This document shows positions 60,101 to 64,000 of a stretch of 64,000 nt of DNA, one piece after another. This stretch comes from Zygnema circumcarinatum SAG 698-1b (Eukaryota > Plantae > Zygnematophyceae), in assembly GCA_037447605.1 (NCBI GenBank), contig CM074808.1:1364001-1428000 (forward strand), given 5' to 3'. Below the pieces are notes generated by a model. The model was not told where the DNA came from and searched no databases. It was given only the letters and a program-made list of their open reading frames with translations. The position numbers and the translations under genes were made by a program. Each line of letters begins with the position of its first letter. The first letter of the stretch is position 1.

Positions 60101-63100
60101 GCTTGTCGGCTGAGTGTCCATAAGGACGACGCAGATAGCAAGAGACCACAATTATATAAAAAACCGAAAGAAGAGTAGAGAGCCCTTGACAAAGGAGAAG
60201 CCAAACAAAAGCATATGCATTTCTGAAGGCTCCAAGAATAAGAAAGTCGTCATAGACAATTCAATGTTTGGACGCGTGTAAAGACGTGAGACTCCCATCA
60301 ATCCTCCCCCTTCCATGCAACTCAATTCCAGTGACCCAAGTCTAGCTTTCTCTCTCCAACAGATCAATCATTCCAAGTCCACCCCCCCTTGCAACCTCTA
60401 CGCTGCGCGCGCGTGTCAGGAAACCGAAAGCATACCTGCATGCCAAAAGTTTGAAACGGACGGCTTCGGGACATACAATGTCAACAGTGCTCTCTACATC
60501 ATTCCAAACAGCTTTGAGCGCATCCTCTGGATTCACAATTTCCACCAAGATCCGTGTTGAATTTCCACAGTAGCGCTGTACGGATAATGCCTGCACTATT
60601 TGTGCAGAGTCCTCAGCGTCGGCATCCTGCTAAGAAAACCCATCCTGCGGAGTGTTATACAAAGCAAACAAACATTGGCAGAGCAATCTATCACATATGG
60701 AGATTGCTCCTAACGGCTTACACAGCTATTAGAACATGAGTTTAAGTTGACGGTTGAGCGTCAGTAAGCTCAGAAGAAGATGGTAAGCACAGTGATGTAC
60801 GCATGTGAGATGGGGATGATTTTGATACGAAGAACGAGCACATCAGCGTTATTCGATATTGCTATAGATCTAGTTTCTGCCCGCCAAAAAAATGCTGTTG
60901 TCACATTGCATCCTAGACAGGCAGGTTCCCATTAGGAACAGATGAAGTGCGCATTAAAAGACATAAAAGAGTTTATCTTTTCCTTCATTTTTCTTTGATT
61001 CAGTTTGGTACTCCTCGTCCACACCTCGAAAAACGAGTCTCCAAGAACATAGATCGCCGTTGCCTCGCGGGCCCCCACGCGGTCCAAATCACCCCAATTC
61101 AGTGGGGAGCCCTCCACAAAACTCACCAGCCCGTTATAAAGCGCCACCAAAGACTTCAGTTCAAACCTGCAAATGCCACTCAAACGGGACGATTCGACGT
61201 GATGTTGAGCTCAAACTTAAACTAGGATAGAGAGGAATGCGTGCAGCAAAGGACTGTATCGACCATGGATATGGCAGCAGACTCGTCGACAACTTATACA
61301 TGCCCCCAACTTCACTTTACAGAAGTACAACACAGATCGCCCTGCCAAAAGCTCTTTTCTCCATATGAATAGCCTTGTATCCTTTTGTCAAATGACATGC
61401 CATGCGTCACTTTTGGAAATGCAAGTGCATTCATGGAGCAATCGATTGACTAATGCCATAAGTTTCCCTCAGTATAAGGTAAACCTTTAAGTCAGCTGTT
61501 TATCTCAGTCGACGAGCTCTCCAAACCTATCCAATTTATTTCAAATGGACTCACTCATTCGTAGGTTGATTGATTTGCACTACAATAATCCCCTCTAGAC
61601 AAATTGCCAGTTTACACTTGAAAAACTCATCACTGACGCCTGCTCTACCATATCATGTACTCTCCTGTCCAATTAAACCAACTTTATTCCTTTTTTTGTT
61701 TATTTATTTTATTTTATTCTCTGTTATTTTTGAATGAAAGAAAAATCGCTATAAGACGGAGAGGAAGCTGCTGGAGAAATAGCAGCACTTACGAGGGTTT
61801 GTAAGGAGCCATAACTGTAACTCGTAGAGGGTACGCAGCAAGGTCTGTGGAGGTGACAATCGGGCAGCAGATTCAGCAGCCTGATGCTCAACACAGCTGG
61901 TAAAAGCTGGGAGGGACACATGTAAATTGTGAGAAAGCCCTCACTAAGTTTATGTCCAGATTGTTTTAGATAAAAAAAAGAGACTCATAACAGGTTGAAG
62001 ACGGCCAAACGGCAAGGTACTTATGGGAGTAAAGGATGATACAATGACTTTATGGAAAGAGGGTCGATTAGCCACTACACTTGCAAGCACACAGTTAAAC
62101 AGGAGTTTTCTCCAAACACTGGAACTGCAAGACTGCAGTGAGATGACTAGCCTGACAGTTTGCCAAGAAGGAATGGTGCATAATGTCTGCATACGGGTTA
62201 GGAAAAGGCGGAATTTAAAGTTACGCGTAGAGAAAAAATGTTAATATTAACTTCAAACAAGGACGCCCCAACTTTTTTCATTGCACATACGTTCATAAAG
62301 AAGTACATCATCCAGGTGTCTATCTACATTGCAGATTGCGGAAAACAGTGGACTATGGCTTTCAAAAGGAAAAATGCTCAACCCAAGTGGGTGCATATGG
62401 AGTACCTTCATCATGGACCGGATGGTAAAATGCATACAAAAAGTCCGTTACTGTTCTGTGTGACACATTGCCACAAAGGATGATATAGCGGTAGCTGGAA
62501 ATGCGGTTAGTCATGTTGTATCCACCGTAGGGGCTGCACAGCGAAGACAACTTTCCATCAACGCCATACTTTTCTTTCTTCCCTGCCTAAATAGGAATCT
62601 CACTATGACAACAACTAGTGAAGTGGACAAAATAACAGAAAATGCGTTAAATTTTTTGAAAAACAACATGTTCTCTACACTTTCCCCCCCTTTTTTTTCT
62701 GAAACTGACCTCCTCGAAACGACGTCCAGAATCTTGTTGATTTGCACAGGGATGATGACGAGGGTTGCAACGATAATAAAGATGACCACCAGGCGACCCC
62801 ATGATGTATTTGGAGTGACATCTCCATATCCAACTGTGGAGATCTGAACATTTCAAAAACAGCTCAGGAAACGCTTTTTAAAACTTGCAGTTTATCGTGG
62901 CTAGCAAGCCACCACCCTACCTGTTACTTTGCTGGAAGACAACACATTATCCAGCTGACTTTCAGTTATAGGAATTCTGTGTAGGCGCGAATGCTCTAAG
63001 GTTGTGTGTTCTATTTTCACGTGTTAAAGCCTTGTGACACACCTGCTTAAATCATGGAGCGTACCGTAACCACAATGAAGTAGAAGGCATCGTAAAAGTT

Positions 63101-64000
63101 AAAGCAACCCGTCAAAGGGCAGCCCAACGCTTCCAGCTGGTCGTTTGAAAGCGCGATTTTCTCCACCCATTGGAACATGCCAGCAGCCACAAATACTGGC
63201 ACAAAAAGTCCACGCTCCTCGAATCGATCAGGCACATAGAGTATGGGAAAACGAAAGGGAGTGCGCGGAGAAAGAAGGGCGGGAGAGGGAGAGAGAGAAA
63301 TGGGTAAAAGCCGAGACTGTTTTTCACCCTTGAGGTCACGTCGTGCGCACTAGAAAGCAAGAAGAAGCCAGAAACAGAATCAGATTGTAACACCCGTCAA
63401 TTAGTTTTTCGGTCTGACACATAGTTAGAAGAGCGTTACCAATGCTGAGAAGATAGACCAGCAGCACCAAGCACTCCTTCGCGATTGAGCTCTTTAACAG
63501 ACCAAAGGATTTGACCCCCTGAGCCGGTCTGTAGCAGCTCAACAAAAACAAAGAATGAGCGGAACGTGGCAGAGTACAGGCTGTGTGCAGTCGGCAAGCA
63601 CGGCAACTGCAAACAAATCTGAGCGAGACAGCTAGCTCAAGTTAAATACATGAAACGCAGCCAAACATGTGTTGTTCCCCTTCATGACAGAGATGAAGCA
63701 AATTATTAACCTGAGAAGCCGTAAGAAGAGCAAAATTCGAAATGGTGCACCTGCTTCGAGGTTATCACTGCCACGTCGCCAAACAAAGTGGCAAAGTCAG
63801 CCTGTATTACCCATCTCATCTGAACCTGCTGCTAGTTATAGAGAAAAGGTGTTCTGTTCTCATTATCTTGACATTTGTCATCCTCGAGTAATAGTTTAGG
63901 AACGAGCTGACTCTTGGCAGGCCAGATGCCCAAGGGGAAGAGTCCTTCCTCACCTGAAGAAAAATATTATGGGAAGAGAAGTAACAAGGTCAAGAATGCC
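57165..64000 (-). CDS. BK/Slo-type potassium channel with RCK1 and RCK2 domains; 5' end lies beyond the window
   Basis: S4-like FRILLFLRLLR (to 63711), S5 VFVAAGMFQWVE, pore FYDAFYFIVVTISTVGYGD (TVGYGD at 62837-62820), S6, RCK motifs YVLGDSF, GSPLYELDL, DSDNL, PYQSGKAF, LALGLYR...FVHTNPP..D.VFVL; stop at 57165. Confidence 0.93.

Overview
Eukaryotic, intron-rich genomic DNA from a streptophyte plant lineage. The gene content (algal-type HPAT, BK-type K+ channel, RUG3, DWA2 and SKIP16 orthologues) suggests a streptophyte green alga, possibly Klebsormidium-like; this is inference, not proof. I reconstructed 10 spliced protein-coding genes by hand from GT-AG junctions and reading-frame phase: an unknown protein (1935-5315), AK6/Fap7, a GAF-PAS hybrid histidine kinase, a two-domain HPAT (GT95), a small plastid membrane protein, SKIP16, RUG3, a tweety-like membrane protein, a conserved plant membrane protein and DWA2/EIPR1. 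Two more genes are cut by the window edges: an unidentified last exon and a BK/Slo channel. An accessory block at about 5.4-10.4 kb holds two non-autonomous DNA transposons and an intronless ORF resembling a ParB/sulfiredoxin-fold, toxin-like domain. Other notable points: an MGCxxS lipidation motif and a degenerate LOV-like PAS in the kinase, an internally duplicated HPAT sharing 10 intron positions between its halves, a BK channel without the calcium bowl, CCGTAC clusters upstream of several genes, a telomere-like array in AK6 intron 1, and a dispersed ~100 bp repeat present three times. No rRNA, tRNA or CRISPR array was seen. Family calls come from recalled motifs, not database searches.
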